IMG/VR virus record: IMGVR_UViG_3300026488_000010
Direction: 5' to 3' (one strand)
Source: a virus
DNA: 64,000 nt
Part shown: positions 31,657 to 40,796 of the stretch, in pieces
Layout: every line of letters begins with the position of its first letter
How positions within the stretch are numbered: the stretch's first letter is position 1
The notes under the pieces: model-generated
The model's input: the letters and a program-made list of their open reading frames with translations, nothing else
What the model was told of the DNA's origin: nothing
Databases searched by the model: none
Made by a program: the position numbers and the translations under genes

Positions 31657-32198
31657 TTATTTATTTAACCATGAACCTAATAAAAGGTCCTGCATAATTG
31701 TCCCATTTGGACCAAACTCATCAGTGCTTATTATATATGGATTAATACATATATTCCATAATTTAACTGCTGATCCTGCTGATCCAAAATTATAATTTTC
31801 TAATATATTAGAAAATTATAATTCTCTGCACCATAAAAACCATTGTGCAATCTTATAGTGTATGGACCATATTTTTCAACATATTCAACACAGCATATTT
31901 TGAATTCAGAATCTACAAATTCTTTTGTTTTTAAGTTATCAATTGATTGTTTAGCAATCATATCTGCGTCAACGTACCAAGCATTTGTAACTTCTTTCAT
32001 TCTAATATAATCTGATAAAAATGCATATGGTATAACATCAACATATCTTTCTAAATTATATTTAGAAATCATTTCATTCCCTAATAAAATATATTCATAA
32101 TGTGGGTTCATATTCTTTACTGATTGCATTGCTTCTTTAATAATATGGCTAGGCTCTGGTCCTAGCCATATTTGATATATAATGTTGGGAACGTTCAT
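31657..32198 (-). pseudogene. GT32-like (DXD) glycosyltransferase interrupted by a 26-nt palindromic insertion; intact ORF only 31800..32198
   Basis: VPNIIYQIWLG and WYVDAD motifs; removing 31786-31811 restores a frame ending ...GP...LLGSWLNK-stop just before the next RBS. Confidence 0.6.
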
Positions 32199-32758
32199 TA
32201 TATTCTTTTTAATAGTCCGGTTTGGACCTTTTGAATTTCAATACTAATCGTTCCTAAAAAATTTGTATCCATACTTTTAATAAATAGCTCTGATGAACCA
32301 CTTCCATCAGGATTAATTAACAATTTTATATGGTGTCCGGCTATTGTTCCATATAGATTAAGATTTTCATCTATGCTATTGTTTGATGGATATAATAATA
32401 ATGTTTCATCATACACTGTACCTTTATCATAAGTTGTTGGTAATTTTATAGATAATAACATTTTTAATTTAATTTTTAACTCACCAAATGGTAATATAAA
32501 TTGTCCAATAGTGTTCTCAGGATACCACCCTGATCCGCCAGCTTCAATATTAAAATCAAAAATATATTTTCTAATTGCTGCATCTGACATAGAGCTCCAT
32601 ACAACATTATTATCTTTAAATCTTCCAAACTCATCAGTATCCAAAGCATAAATCATTTTACCCTCAACTGGAGGATTTAATTCTAGTTCAGCTTTATTTG
32701 CTCTTCTAAAGAGTATTCCTGTATTTGTCGTATTCGCAGCATTCGCAGTATTCGCCAT
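32198..32758 (-). CDS. Mtd_N-like anchor protein with unique C-terminal domain
   Basis: TGILFRRANKAELELNPPVEGKMIYALDTDEFG. Confidence 0.6.
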   Translation of the reverse strand: MANTANAANTTNTGILFRRANKAELELNPPVEGKMIYALDTDEFGRFKDNNVVWSSMSDAAIRKYIFDFNIEAGGSGWYPENTIGQFILPFGELKIKLKMLLSIKLPTTYDKGTVYDETLLLYPSNNSIDENLNLYGTIAGHHIKLLINPDGSGSSELFIKSMDTNFLGTISIEIQKVQTGLLKRI

Positions 32759-32763
32759 AATGG

Positions 32764-33000
32764 TTACACCAGGTTACCATCAGCTAATAAAACATTCCCG
32801 TCTCGGAATACAATATTACCATCATTCGACTCAATAATTACTTCATTATCACCGCGATTAACTTCTGGAAAAACAACAGCAGTTATACCATATTTTCTAT
32901 TTTGTCTAGACTTTACTAATTGTAATTCATCAGGAGACATTTCATCTAATCGTTCTTTTTTTGAGAATCCAAAAACTTTTAAAACTTCTGTAGTTGCCAT
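32764..33000 (-). CDS. Small hypothetical protein, paralog of 40533..40796
   Basis: Shared (K/T)YG...VFPEV...NDGN motifs. Confidence 0.5.
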   Translation of the reverse strand: MATTEVLKVFGFSKKERLDEMSPDELQLVKSRQNRKYGITAVVFPEVNRGDNEVIIESNDGNIVFRDGNVLLADGNLV

Positions 33001-33003
33001 AGT

Positions 33004-33420
33004 TTATCCTTGTCTTTTAACTGATCTTAAATCTGTTCTAAACTTTGTCGGTAATTTTCCAGCACCTGCTAATCGTAATTTTGTTTGATCAATAGCATGT
33101 TTATCTGATTCTGTGTATCCAATTGGAATTGGAGAGTTAGTAATATTTGTAGCTTTAGATGCAAGATGTATCATATCTTTTTGAGCAGGACTAATAGGAG
33201 GAGCCATTTCTTCAATAGCTTTAATAAATGCTGTTTCTAGAATTATTCTAGTACTCTCCATTAAACCATTATCAATCAATATTTTACGAGCTTGCATAGT
33301 CGATTCATTGATCATCATTTTTAATTGTAATGTTTTAATTTCCGATAATGAGTCTGATTCTTCTAATACTCCGAGACTGTAACGATTTCTAATATTTTCT
33401 AAAATTAAATCTAATTTCAT
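33004..33420 (-). CDS. MKLDLILEN-family protein (putative head-internal)
   Basis: First ~65 aa align with 46869..47444 and 47444..48079. Confidence 0.6.
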   Translation of the reverse strand: MKLDLILENIRNRYSLGVLEESDSLSEIKTLQLKMMINESTMQARKILIDNGLMESTRIILETAFIKAIEEMAPPISPAQKDMIHLASKATNITNSPIPIGYTESDKHAIDQTKLRLAGAGKLPTKFRTDLRSVKRQG

Positions 33421-33664
33421 ATATCATCCTTTATTGTTGGAGCTAGAACGCTCCTTTAATTTTCTATTGTTTATTTGCTTGCATATTCGATTCATTGATC
33501 ATCATTTTTAATTGTAATGTTTTAATTTCCGATAATGCGTCTGATTCTTCTAATACTCCGAGACTGTAACGATTTCTAATATTTTCTAAAATTAAATCTA
33601 ATTTCATATATCATCCTTTATTGTTGGAGCTAGAACGCTCCTTTAATTTTCTATTGTTTATTTG
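33291..33664. repeat. 187-bp tandem duplication (33291-33477 / 33478-33664), 2 mismatches
   Basis: Direct comparison; differences at 33299/33486 and 33351/33538. Confidence 0.9.
33464..33607 (-). CDS. 47-aa leader-only copy of the MKLDLILEN protein created by the duplication
   Basis: MKLDLILENIRNRYSLGVLEESDALSEIKTLQLKMMINESNMQANKQ-stop with its own AAGGA RBS. Confidence 0.5.
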   Translation of the reverse strand: MKLDLILENIRNRYSLGVLEESDALSEIKTLQLKMMINESNMQANKQ

Positions 33665-33775
33665 TTTATATAGCTTCTTTTTGAGATCACGTTCTTCACT
33701 AATGATTGGATCATCTAATCCAAAACTTTTAAACATAGTGCTGACATCTTCAGCACTTCGCATAATTTTAATCAT
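33611..33775 (-). CDS. 54-aa hypothetical protein
   Basis: Own translation MIKIMRSAEDVSTMFKSFG...; AAAGGA RBS. Confidence 0.4.
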   Translation of the reverse strand: MIKIMRSAEDVSTMFKSFGLDDPIISEERDLKKKLYKQINNRKLKERSSSNNKG

Positions 33776-33784
33776 AATAATCCT

Positions 33785-36670
33785 TTATATATAAGTAGGT
33801 GATGGCGATTTTGCACCGCCTGTAAAATCAAAATATATTTCTGATATATTTAAAGTCGGTGCTCCATCTACTATAGCATCGTTTGCATGTAATGATGAAG
33901 CTGTACCATCTGTGATATCTTCAGGACAAGCTCGTCTATGAGTTGTAACACCATCTGTAACCATAACGGCCTCATTAACATCTATGGGGCCGTCATCGGC
34001 CCCATCTAACACTATACCAACAAACAATAGATCTTTAACTTTACTATTTAAACAAGTGTTTGTTGCAGTGTATGGGTGTGATGCTCCGGAATGTCTAATA
34101 GATTCAGACATGCTAGATAAATACATTACAAACAAAATATAATCTCCACCATCAATAGTGTATTGCAATGTTAGTGTATTTGTTACAAATTGTTCAAATA
34201 TTTCATCACCGTATTGGTTATCTTGTGATAACACAACTGTTTTTCCTTCTGATACACCATTAACTATTCCACTAAAAGCTCCACCATAATGATAATCACC
34301 ACTAAAGTTTACACTAGCAACTTTTAAATCTAAGACTTTTTCAACTCTCGCATCATCTGCTAATTTTAATTTTACCTTAACATCTTTTGCTACACCACCT
34401 TGAAATGTTGGAACTATAAATTCTCTAAAAACTGGCTCAGGTGTTCCTTGATCAGGTAATCCTTGAGTATAACAATCATAAATTGAATAATCTGCTAAGT
34501 TTTCATAATCTAAAGGTTTAGTTAAATCAATTTCAACTCTATTAAAATCTAAAGTTGGAATATCATCATAGAATGTTTCAACTTCTAATAAACCAGCTGG
34601 ATCACAAACATCTATTATTGGTTGATTATTAATACCGTCCATGTAAACTCGTTCATCGTATTGTTCCCCATTCATATAAGCGTATTCTATAGGCTCTGAT
34701 GCACCATGTCCTACAGTACCCATTGATAATTGGACAAGCTTTTTAATCTTTAAAGCTAAACAAGTGTTTTCTTGATCTCTAACTTCTTGACCAAATACTG
34801 ATGTAACTTGTTGACTTAACATATTGGTATAATCTAAAATAAACCATTTCTCGACACCATCAATTAGTATATCTACTCGCAGATTCTTTTGAACTAGTTC
34901 ACCAATTTTTACTGAATCATATGCACTTGGGCCAGAACCCAACACAACTTCATTACCATAATATAATGTTCCAGATCGATCAGTAAAACTTGATCCTAAT
35001 ATTTCAATATCAGACATTCCAGAACCATCATTAATTTTAAGATGTAAATTAATATCACAACCCGTTATTGGTATATAAAAGTCGGCATATGTTGGAACAG
35101 GTTTAATACCTACGGGTATTTCTCCTTCAATATATGTATTATTTCTAATCATAGAATCTGAAAAATATGTATACTCTGCAGATATGTCTTGAGATATTAA
35201 ATTGATTTTTCGTGAACAAGCATCAACTTTAAAATAATCAAAGAATCTGTTTGGGCCGATCTCATCAATTAAATATGCAGGTGTCTGTACTAATTTATTA
35301 TCAACATACACATCATATGATCTTTGATAAGCATTGTCATAATCTTCAAAGAATTTAAATTTAAAGTTTGCTGGATCATCAACATTCGTAATCTCTAGCG
35401 CGCATTTGTTTGAAGATTTCGGCTCAGATATAACGATAGATTTTGCATCTCTCATTGGATCCAGTTGTTGAACATCTACTTTAGCATTTGACGCAACATC
35501 TAAATATTCATCAAAATACCATTTATACTCATCATTACATGTACATGATCTAATATGTTTTACTTTAATAATATTTGATAATGCCACTAATTTGTAAGGG
35601 ACAAATGATTCATGAACTTCAATTTGTACTTCAATATTGCCAAGTTGTGCATAAGCATTAGCAAATAAGAAATAATAATTCAGAAGCGTCGGTGCGCCAG
35701 CATGTGCGAAGAATCTACTCTTCCATCCAGTAGGAACACTTGCATCGCTACCATATTGTTGAATACCTGTTCCGCGAACACGCATACTCATAATATGTCC
35801 AGGATTTCCACCAGCCGTTAAAAAATTATCGATTCTAGCAGCTGTTAAATCAACTGTAAATATTGGTGCACCTGCAATTGATTCATCATAGTTTGTTGTA
35901 TAGTCTCTTTTTGCACAATCAGAAGCTTCTAATAAATCAACAGTTATTTTTCCCACACTTTCAAATAATAATTCCTTAGTTGATGTTGTTGATGTTGTAA
36001 CTACTTTTGCATATGCTCTATTTGTACCTCCGAATGTACTAAATGTTTTAGTACGAATCTTTGAGACACCATCTGCATTTGCACCATTTATAATTTCAAA
36101 ATCTACACCAACTCTAAGCGTTTGAACTTTAGTATTATTTAAAAATATTTGAATTTCTGTAATGTTTTGTGAATCTGAATTAAATTCAAATTGAACAGTA
36201 CTTTCACTCAAATCAATTACTTGAAGTTCATCGGTGTTTATAGTATCAGCTAAAAATGTTGGATATAATAAGGCTCCAGAAGGATAATTATATTGTTGTT
36301 TAGAACTTCTTGAAATAACATCTATATCTATAGCTGCAGTATTTATTGAATTTACTATACTGTTTAATTTAATTTTAACGATTTCTCTATTTCTAGAATC
36401 TATTCGTTTAACTAATTTGCCATCTTCATAAACTTTAATTGTTTTAGGTTCATTTTTTGAACCATCATCGTTTATATATAATACCAATTCATTATCATTC
36501 GCGACAGCTAAAACGGTTTCACCTAAATACATATTAGGAAATATATAGTTATCGTTATATCTATTTAATTCTTTTTTTGTATCATTAATTACTTTTGATG
36601 CCTCAACGCCTTCTTCTAAGAAGACATCTTTGGATTTAATTGAATCTATTTTGTTTGTTAATATTCTCAT
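33785..36670 (-). CDS. Large beta-rich virion protein, probably several Ig-like domains
   Basis: 961 aa, alternating hydrophobic beta patterns, paired Cys; within fibre region. Confidence 0.5.
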   Translation of the reverse strand: MRILTNKIDSIKSKDVFLEEGVEASKVINDTKKELNRYNDNYIFPNMYLGETVLAVANDNELVLYINDDGSKNEPKTIKVYEDGKLVKRIDSRNREIVKIKLNSIVNSINTAAIDIDVISRSSKQQYNYPSGALLYPTFLADTINTDELQVIDLSESTVQFEFNSDSQNITEIQIFLNNTKVQTLRVGVDFEIINGANADGVSKIRTKTFSTFGGTNRAYAKVVTTSTTSTKELLFESVGKITVDLLEASDCAKRDYTTNYDESIAGAPIFTVDLTAARIDNFLTAGGNPGHIMSMRVRGTGIQQYGSDASVPTGWKSRFFAHAGAPTLLNYYFLFANAYAQLGNIEVQIEVHESFVPYKLVALSNIIKVKHIRSCTCNDEYKWYFDEYLDVASNAKVDVQQLDPMRDAKSIVISEPKSSNKCALEITNVDDPANFKFKFFEDYDNAYQRSYDVYVDNKLVQTPAYLIDEIGPNRFFDYFKVDACSRKINLISQDISAEYTYFSDSMIRNNTYIEGEIPVGIKPVPTYADFYIPITGCDINLHLKINDGSGMSDIEILGSSFTDRSGTLYYGNEVVLGSGPSAYDSVKIGELVQKNLRVDILIDGVEKWFILDYTNMLSQQVTSVFGQEVRDQENTCLALKIKKLVQLSMGTVGHGASEPIEYAYMNGEQYDERVYMDGINNQPIIDVCDPAGLLEVETFYDDIPTLDFNRVEIDLTKPLDYENLADYSIYDCYTQGLPDQGTPEPVFREFIVPTFQGGVAKDVKVKLKLADDARVEKVLDLKVASVNFSGDYHYGGAFSGIVNGVSEGKTVVLSQDNQYGDEIFEQFVTNTLTLQYTIDGGDYILFVMYLSSMSESIRHSGASHPYTATNTCLNSKVKDLLFVGIVLDGADDGPIDVNEAVMVTDGVTTHRRACPEDITDGTASSLHANDAIVDGAPTLNISEIYFDFTGGAKSPSPTYI

Positions 36671-36678
36671 CTTTTATC

Positions 36679-37071
36679 CTAAATTACATAATATACTGTT
36701 CCAACTAAATGTGAAGCGGTTTCAGCTTCGGTTGGAATATGGTCCATTATGATTGGTTTATTTGGTTTTGGTACCCATACACCATTATATTTGAACCATT
36801 CTTTATATGTTACAACACCATTATCATCTTGATATTGTATATAACTATCATTCTCTGCACCAACAGAAGTTAATGGTGGAATACTTCCTGATAGTTTTCC
36901 AGAGTTAAGTTTTTTCCAAACAACTTCATTATTAACTAACCATCCATGCTCCGAAGTATCTGTTGCAAAAACAATCTCATTAGGAACAATTGCAACATTT
37001 CCTGTCCAGTTTGCTCCTATACCATTTACTAGTTCAGCTTTCGTGCCGAATCTTAAAATTACACCCGTCAT
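36679..37071 (-). CDS. Mtd_N-like anchor protein, minimal form
   Basis: GVILRFGTKAEL...EIVFATDTSEHGW; C-terminal GTVYYVI. Confidence 0.6.
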   Translation of the reverse strand: MTGVILRFGTKAELVNGIGANWTGNVAIVPNEIVFATDTSEHGWLVNNEVVWKKLNSGKLSGSIPPLTSVGAENDSYIQYQDDNGVVTYKEWFKYNGVWVPKPNKPIIMDHIPTEAETASHLVGTVYYVI

Positions 37072-37072
37072 C

Positions 37073-37942
37073 TTAATTCTCCATCTCGTGATAAATTGTA
37101 CCTAACACATCATTATACTTACTAGCAGATTCTGTATTTTGACGATGTATCTTTGGAATAGCTGATTTTTCTAACCATGTGTCACCAACTTTATAATACT
37201 CAATATATGCATAGTCTACTTCATATGGAACAACCATTGTAAATTTAGGAACATTCATTTCATCCCACACAGAACTCAATAATTCTTGATCAGTTAATAC
37301 ATCTTTTATTTTTGATAAATCATACATTTCGCTAGTGTATTTAAGATCAACACCATAAACAACAATGGAACCATTTAAGTATGGAAATATTTTAGTAGGT
37401 TCGAATGTTATATTTACATCATTAATTCTAAAAGATGATAGAACTAATTGATCATCACCTACATTTGAGTTAGGTAAAAATAATTCCATGATAAAATATT
37501 CTTCTGCACCATGTTTTTCTTTAATTAAAATTATAGCCACTTCTAATTTTGGTGCGCCTGGTGGAGATACAACTTTTCCATATATACGATTCATAAATAT
37601 AATATTCGTTGCTAACGATAGAATTTCCATGGTCACAGTTTCACCTGTGTCTGGGTCAATATTAGTTTCATGCCTCATACTATCTAATGAAATAATATAT
37701 GGTATTTCTGTTTGAACATTATTTATTGGTAGTTTGATATAAATTGAACCATCTTTTCCTTCATCAGCTGATGGAAAATCTGTCCCTACTAAGACATCGC
37801 GCCCAAGTTTATTCCAAATCATTCGATTAGCAGAACTCTTCCAACCATGTTCTTCAGTATCAGTTGCGAAAACAATTTCACCAACCTCAACACCTTCTGA
37901 TTCTAAATCAGCTTTCAAACCATTTCTATATAAAATTGCCAT
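37073..37942 (-). CDS. Mtd_N-like anchor protein with inserted domain
   Basis: ILYRNGLKADL...GEIVFATDTEEHGW; C-terminal GTIYHE. Confidence 0.6.
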   Translation of the reverse strand: MAILYRNGLKADLESEGVEVGEIVFATDTEEHGWKSSANRMIWNKLGRDVLVGTDFPSADEGKDGSIYIKLPINNVQTEIPYIISLDSMRHETNIDPDTGETVTMEILSLATNIIFMNRIYGKVVSPPGAPKLEVAIILIKEKHGAEEYFIMELFLPNSNVGDDQLVLSSFRINDVNITFEPTKIFPYLNGSIVVYGVDLKYTSEMYDLSKIKDVLTDQELLSSVWDEMNVPKFTMVVPYEVDYAYIEYYKVGDTWLEKSAIPKIHRQNTESASKYNDVLGTIYHEMEN

Positions 37943-37952
37943 TTATTTTTCC

Positions 37953-39395
37953 TTAACAAGCATTAGGATTGATATAATTTAATCCTGATTCACTATTAAT
38001 TAATGCTACATCTGCTGCAGATGGAGCAGTAAGAGCCGGACAATTATCAACAACAATTGCTGATTTTATTGTTTTATTTGCAGTATTGATATTTGAAACA
38101 CATTCTAATGATGTACAATTCTGTAACATATATGCTGCATAAATCGATGCGGACATATCAATATCTAATGTTACTAATGATGAACAATTTTTAAATGTTT
38201 CAGCGAATGTCTCAACCTTAGATGTGTCCAAATCAACAATTGTTGTTAAAGATGTACATCCACTAAATAGCCCCGATACGATAATTAGATTCGGAGCGTT
38301 AAATGTTGCAGTAACTAATGATGAACAACCCATTAAACCATCAGAAATATTTGTAGCTAGAGTATTTATAGTAATATTAACCACAGATGATCTTTCAAAT
38401 GTACTAAACATATCAATAACTGATGGCGCATTAAGTACTACATTTTGTAAATTTGTTTTATAAAACATTCGATCAATTAATTTACAATTGTTGATATTAA
38501 TCGTAACGTCAGTGCTTGAAAAGGTTGCATATCTAAATGCATCAGTCATATTATGAAAATCTAAAGTTATAATATTATTTGAGGGAACAGTTAATGAACA
38601 ATCTTTAAATGTTCCAGCTATGATTGCGGAGTTTGGTATAGTGTTTATAAACCCTTCTAAATCTGTAAAGTCTGATGATTCAAAAGTATTTGTCCAATAA
38701 TCAACTGCACTTAAATCCATACTAGGCAAAGTTGTCATACCCGAACTAGCGAATGTACTTTCAAGTGCTTTTATGTCACATGTTCCTTGAACCGTAACAT
38801 TTTGGAGGGCTACACAATCTTCAAATGTGCTAATCCATGTGTCACTTTTAACATTACCATTTATATATACATTAAGTAATAGTGAGTTATCAATAAATGT
38901 TTCATTAAAATGTTTTTGAGTAATATCACAATTAAATGTTATAGTTGTACAATTGGTATCAGTTACCCCACCAAAAAGAGTAACTGCTGATATATCATTA
39001 AATGTTACTGAAGTAATTCTAGCACCTCTAATTGCTAAAACATATACTTCGGTGTTTGGAACCATCGATTCAAATGTATATACTCCACCTTGTGTATAAC
39101 CTCTCATAGAACCATCATCGAATTGATCATATTTGATTGTGCCATCCGGTAATGTTATTTTAAACATACATGATGAATAGACGCTAGGGCGACCGCTATA
39201 ACTATCAGATAAATCTTCTGTTATTGTTAAAGAAAATGATAAACCAATATCAGGTTTAAATAGTTTTTGTAGTCCATGTTCAGTTTTTATATATCCATCA
39301 ATCACTGGAACAATTTGATCTTGAATTTTTGTATTTATTTTTAAAACTTGCTTATTTATACCATCAGCTGTTTTAATTTTAAAATTTGGTATCAT
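37953..39395 (-). CDS. BspA/DUF285-like leucine-rich-repeat adhesin
   Basis: Repeats GLMGCSSLVT, LFSGCTSLTT, TFKNCSSLVT, MLQNCTSLEC; LDTSKV-type spacer. Confidence 0.7.
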   Translation of the reverse strand: MIPNFKIKTADGINKQVLKINTKIQDQIVPVIDGYIKTEHGLQKLFKPDIGLSFSLTITEDLSDSYSGRPSVYSSCMFKITLPDGTIKYDQFDDGSMRGYTQGGVYTFESMVPNTEVYVLAIRGARITSVTFNDISAVTLFGGVTDTNCTTITFNCDITQKHFNETFIDNSLLLNVYINGNVKSDTWISTFEDCVALQNVTVQGTCDIKALESTFASSGMTTLPSMDLSAVDYWTNTFESSDFTDLEGFINTIPNSAIIAGTFKDCSLTVPSNNIITLDFHNMTDAFRYATFSSTDVTININNCKLIDRMFYKTNLQNVVLNAPSVIDMFSTFERSSVVNITINTLATNISDGLMGCSSLVTATFNAPNLIIVSGLFSGCTSLTTIVDLDTSKVETFAETFKNCSSLVTLDIDMSASIYAAYMLQNCTSLECVSNINTANKTIKSAIVVDNCPALTAPSAADVALINSESGLNYINPNAC

Positions 39396-39404
39396 TATTA
39401 TTCC

Positions 39405-40259
39405 TTATATTGTATAATATATTGTGCCATTTGGCTCATAATCAACGTTTTCGTTTGTTAATTCTTTAGTTGAAATTACAGGAGTATTTATTTTTTTACC
39501 CCATTGACCATTCAATTTTATCCATTCTTGAAACTCGTATCTTTGAACAATTGTAATTTGAACAATAAATTCTTTTTGATCTCGAATATTTGTCGCGAGG
39601 TCTCTAAATGGTGCATATTCAATACCTCTTTTCGTAACAGGCTCAGCATTAACTAATACTCCCATGTGATATTCAGGAAAACCTTCTAAAAGAGTTAACT
39701 CCATTGTACCAAAAGATAGCTTATCATAAGTGTGAGTTAAATCATATTCTAATGGTAACTCACCATTAGAATTCAATATTTTGAATTTTGATATAAATTG
39801 ATTATGATCACCTGGTGTAATCAATAAAAATATTGCTAAATCAACTTGTTCAGCGATTTCATCAATATTATCAACATCCATACCCAATGCAAAGTCATGA
39901 TACATTGTTGGCGTACATGAACCTTTTTCAGCATGACCTGCTAATAGCTCATCACCTTGGAATAATGACAATCCTTTAGAAACATAGAAGCCATCAGTAC
40001 AATAAATTTTATAAGTTTCAGTGTATTCTTTTGGAAGTTGAGGATATTGAATATATTCATCTCTATCTGAACCAATCGTTGAATCTGGTTCTCGCTCACC
40101 AGTTAGTAAATCATCAAGATTTCTCCAAACTATTTGTCCATTAGCTATCCATCCATGTTCGTGTGTATCAAGAGCAAATACGATTTCACCGATAGCAATA
40201 CCAGCAGTAATTAAATCTTCTTTTGAACCTCTGCGTTGCAATAATGTATTATCTTGCAT
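39405..40259 (-). CDS. Mtd_N-like anchor protein with inserted domain
   Basis: LLQRRGSKEDL...GEIVFALDTHEHGW; C-terminal GTIYYTI. Confidence 0.6.
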   Translation of the reverse strand: MQDNTLLQRRGSKEDLITAGIAIGEIVFALDTHEHGWIANGQIVWRNLDDLLTGEREPDSTIGSDRDEYIQYPQLPKEYTETYKIYCTDGFYVSKGLSLFQGDELLAGHAEKGSCTPTMYHDFALGMDVDNIDEIAEQVDLAIFLLITPGDHNQFISKFKILNSNGELPLEYDLTHTYDKLSFGTMELTLLEGFPEYHMGVLVNAEPVTKRGIEYAPFRDLATNIRDQKEFIVQITIVQRYEFQEWIKLNGQWGKKINTPVISTKELTNENVDYEPNGTIYYTI

Positions 40260-40530
40260 TTGAAATCTCCTCTGAATGTACTTTATTTTTAAATTCTAAT
40301 TTGCGTACTTGAATTTCAGGTACCCACATTATCTGACCATTAATAACTCTACCAACATAATTATAATCAAATGGTTTTAGAAACATATTTGAAGTTAATT
40401 CATCATTTTCCCACATCTTCATAATTTTTTCTTTTGATCTTTGGATAATTATTATATTAACTTCATCTTTTTTTGTTATATTATCTAATACATGTTTACC
40501 TGCAAATTTCAAATTTTTAATTGCTAACAT
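40249..40530 (-). CDS. Hypothetical protein
   Basis: 93-aa ORF, GGAG RBS. Confidence 0.5.
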   Translation of the reverse strand: MLAIKNLKFAGKHVLDNITKKDEVNIIIIQRSKEKIMKMWENDELTSNMFLKPFDYNYVGRVINGQIMWVPEIQVRKLEFKNKVHSEEISNAR

Positions 40531-40532
40531 GT

Positions 40533-40796
40533 CTATCTCCCATCTACTGTATTGTTTGAATTACCATTAAGTAAATAAACATTACCATCGTTATTTGAAC
40601 TAGGTATGATTACAACATTACCAGTACCTGTGCCGTCAGATGGTGGCACATATGGATCTACTGGAGCCGTTGATACTTCCGGAAATACAAAAATACTTTT
40701 ACCATATGTTCTATTATTATATTTATCTAATAACGCTTCATCCGTATCAGCACTATACTTATTTCTATTTGCGCCTGATTCTAATACTCTTGCCAT
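40533..40796 (-). CDS. Small hypothetical protein, paralog of 32764..33000
   Basis: TYGKSIFVFPEV...NDGNVYL. Confidence 0.5.
   Translation of the reverse strand: MARVLESGANRNKYSADTDEALLDKYNNRTYGKSIFVFPEVSTAPVDPYVPPSDGTGTGNVVIIPSSNNDGNVYLLNGNSNNTVDGR

Noticed and set aside
37953-39395. Diversity-generating retroelement targeting the LRR or Mtd_N-like genes
   Set aside because: No reverse transcriptase and no template/variable repeat pair with adenine-specific mismatches seen in this window
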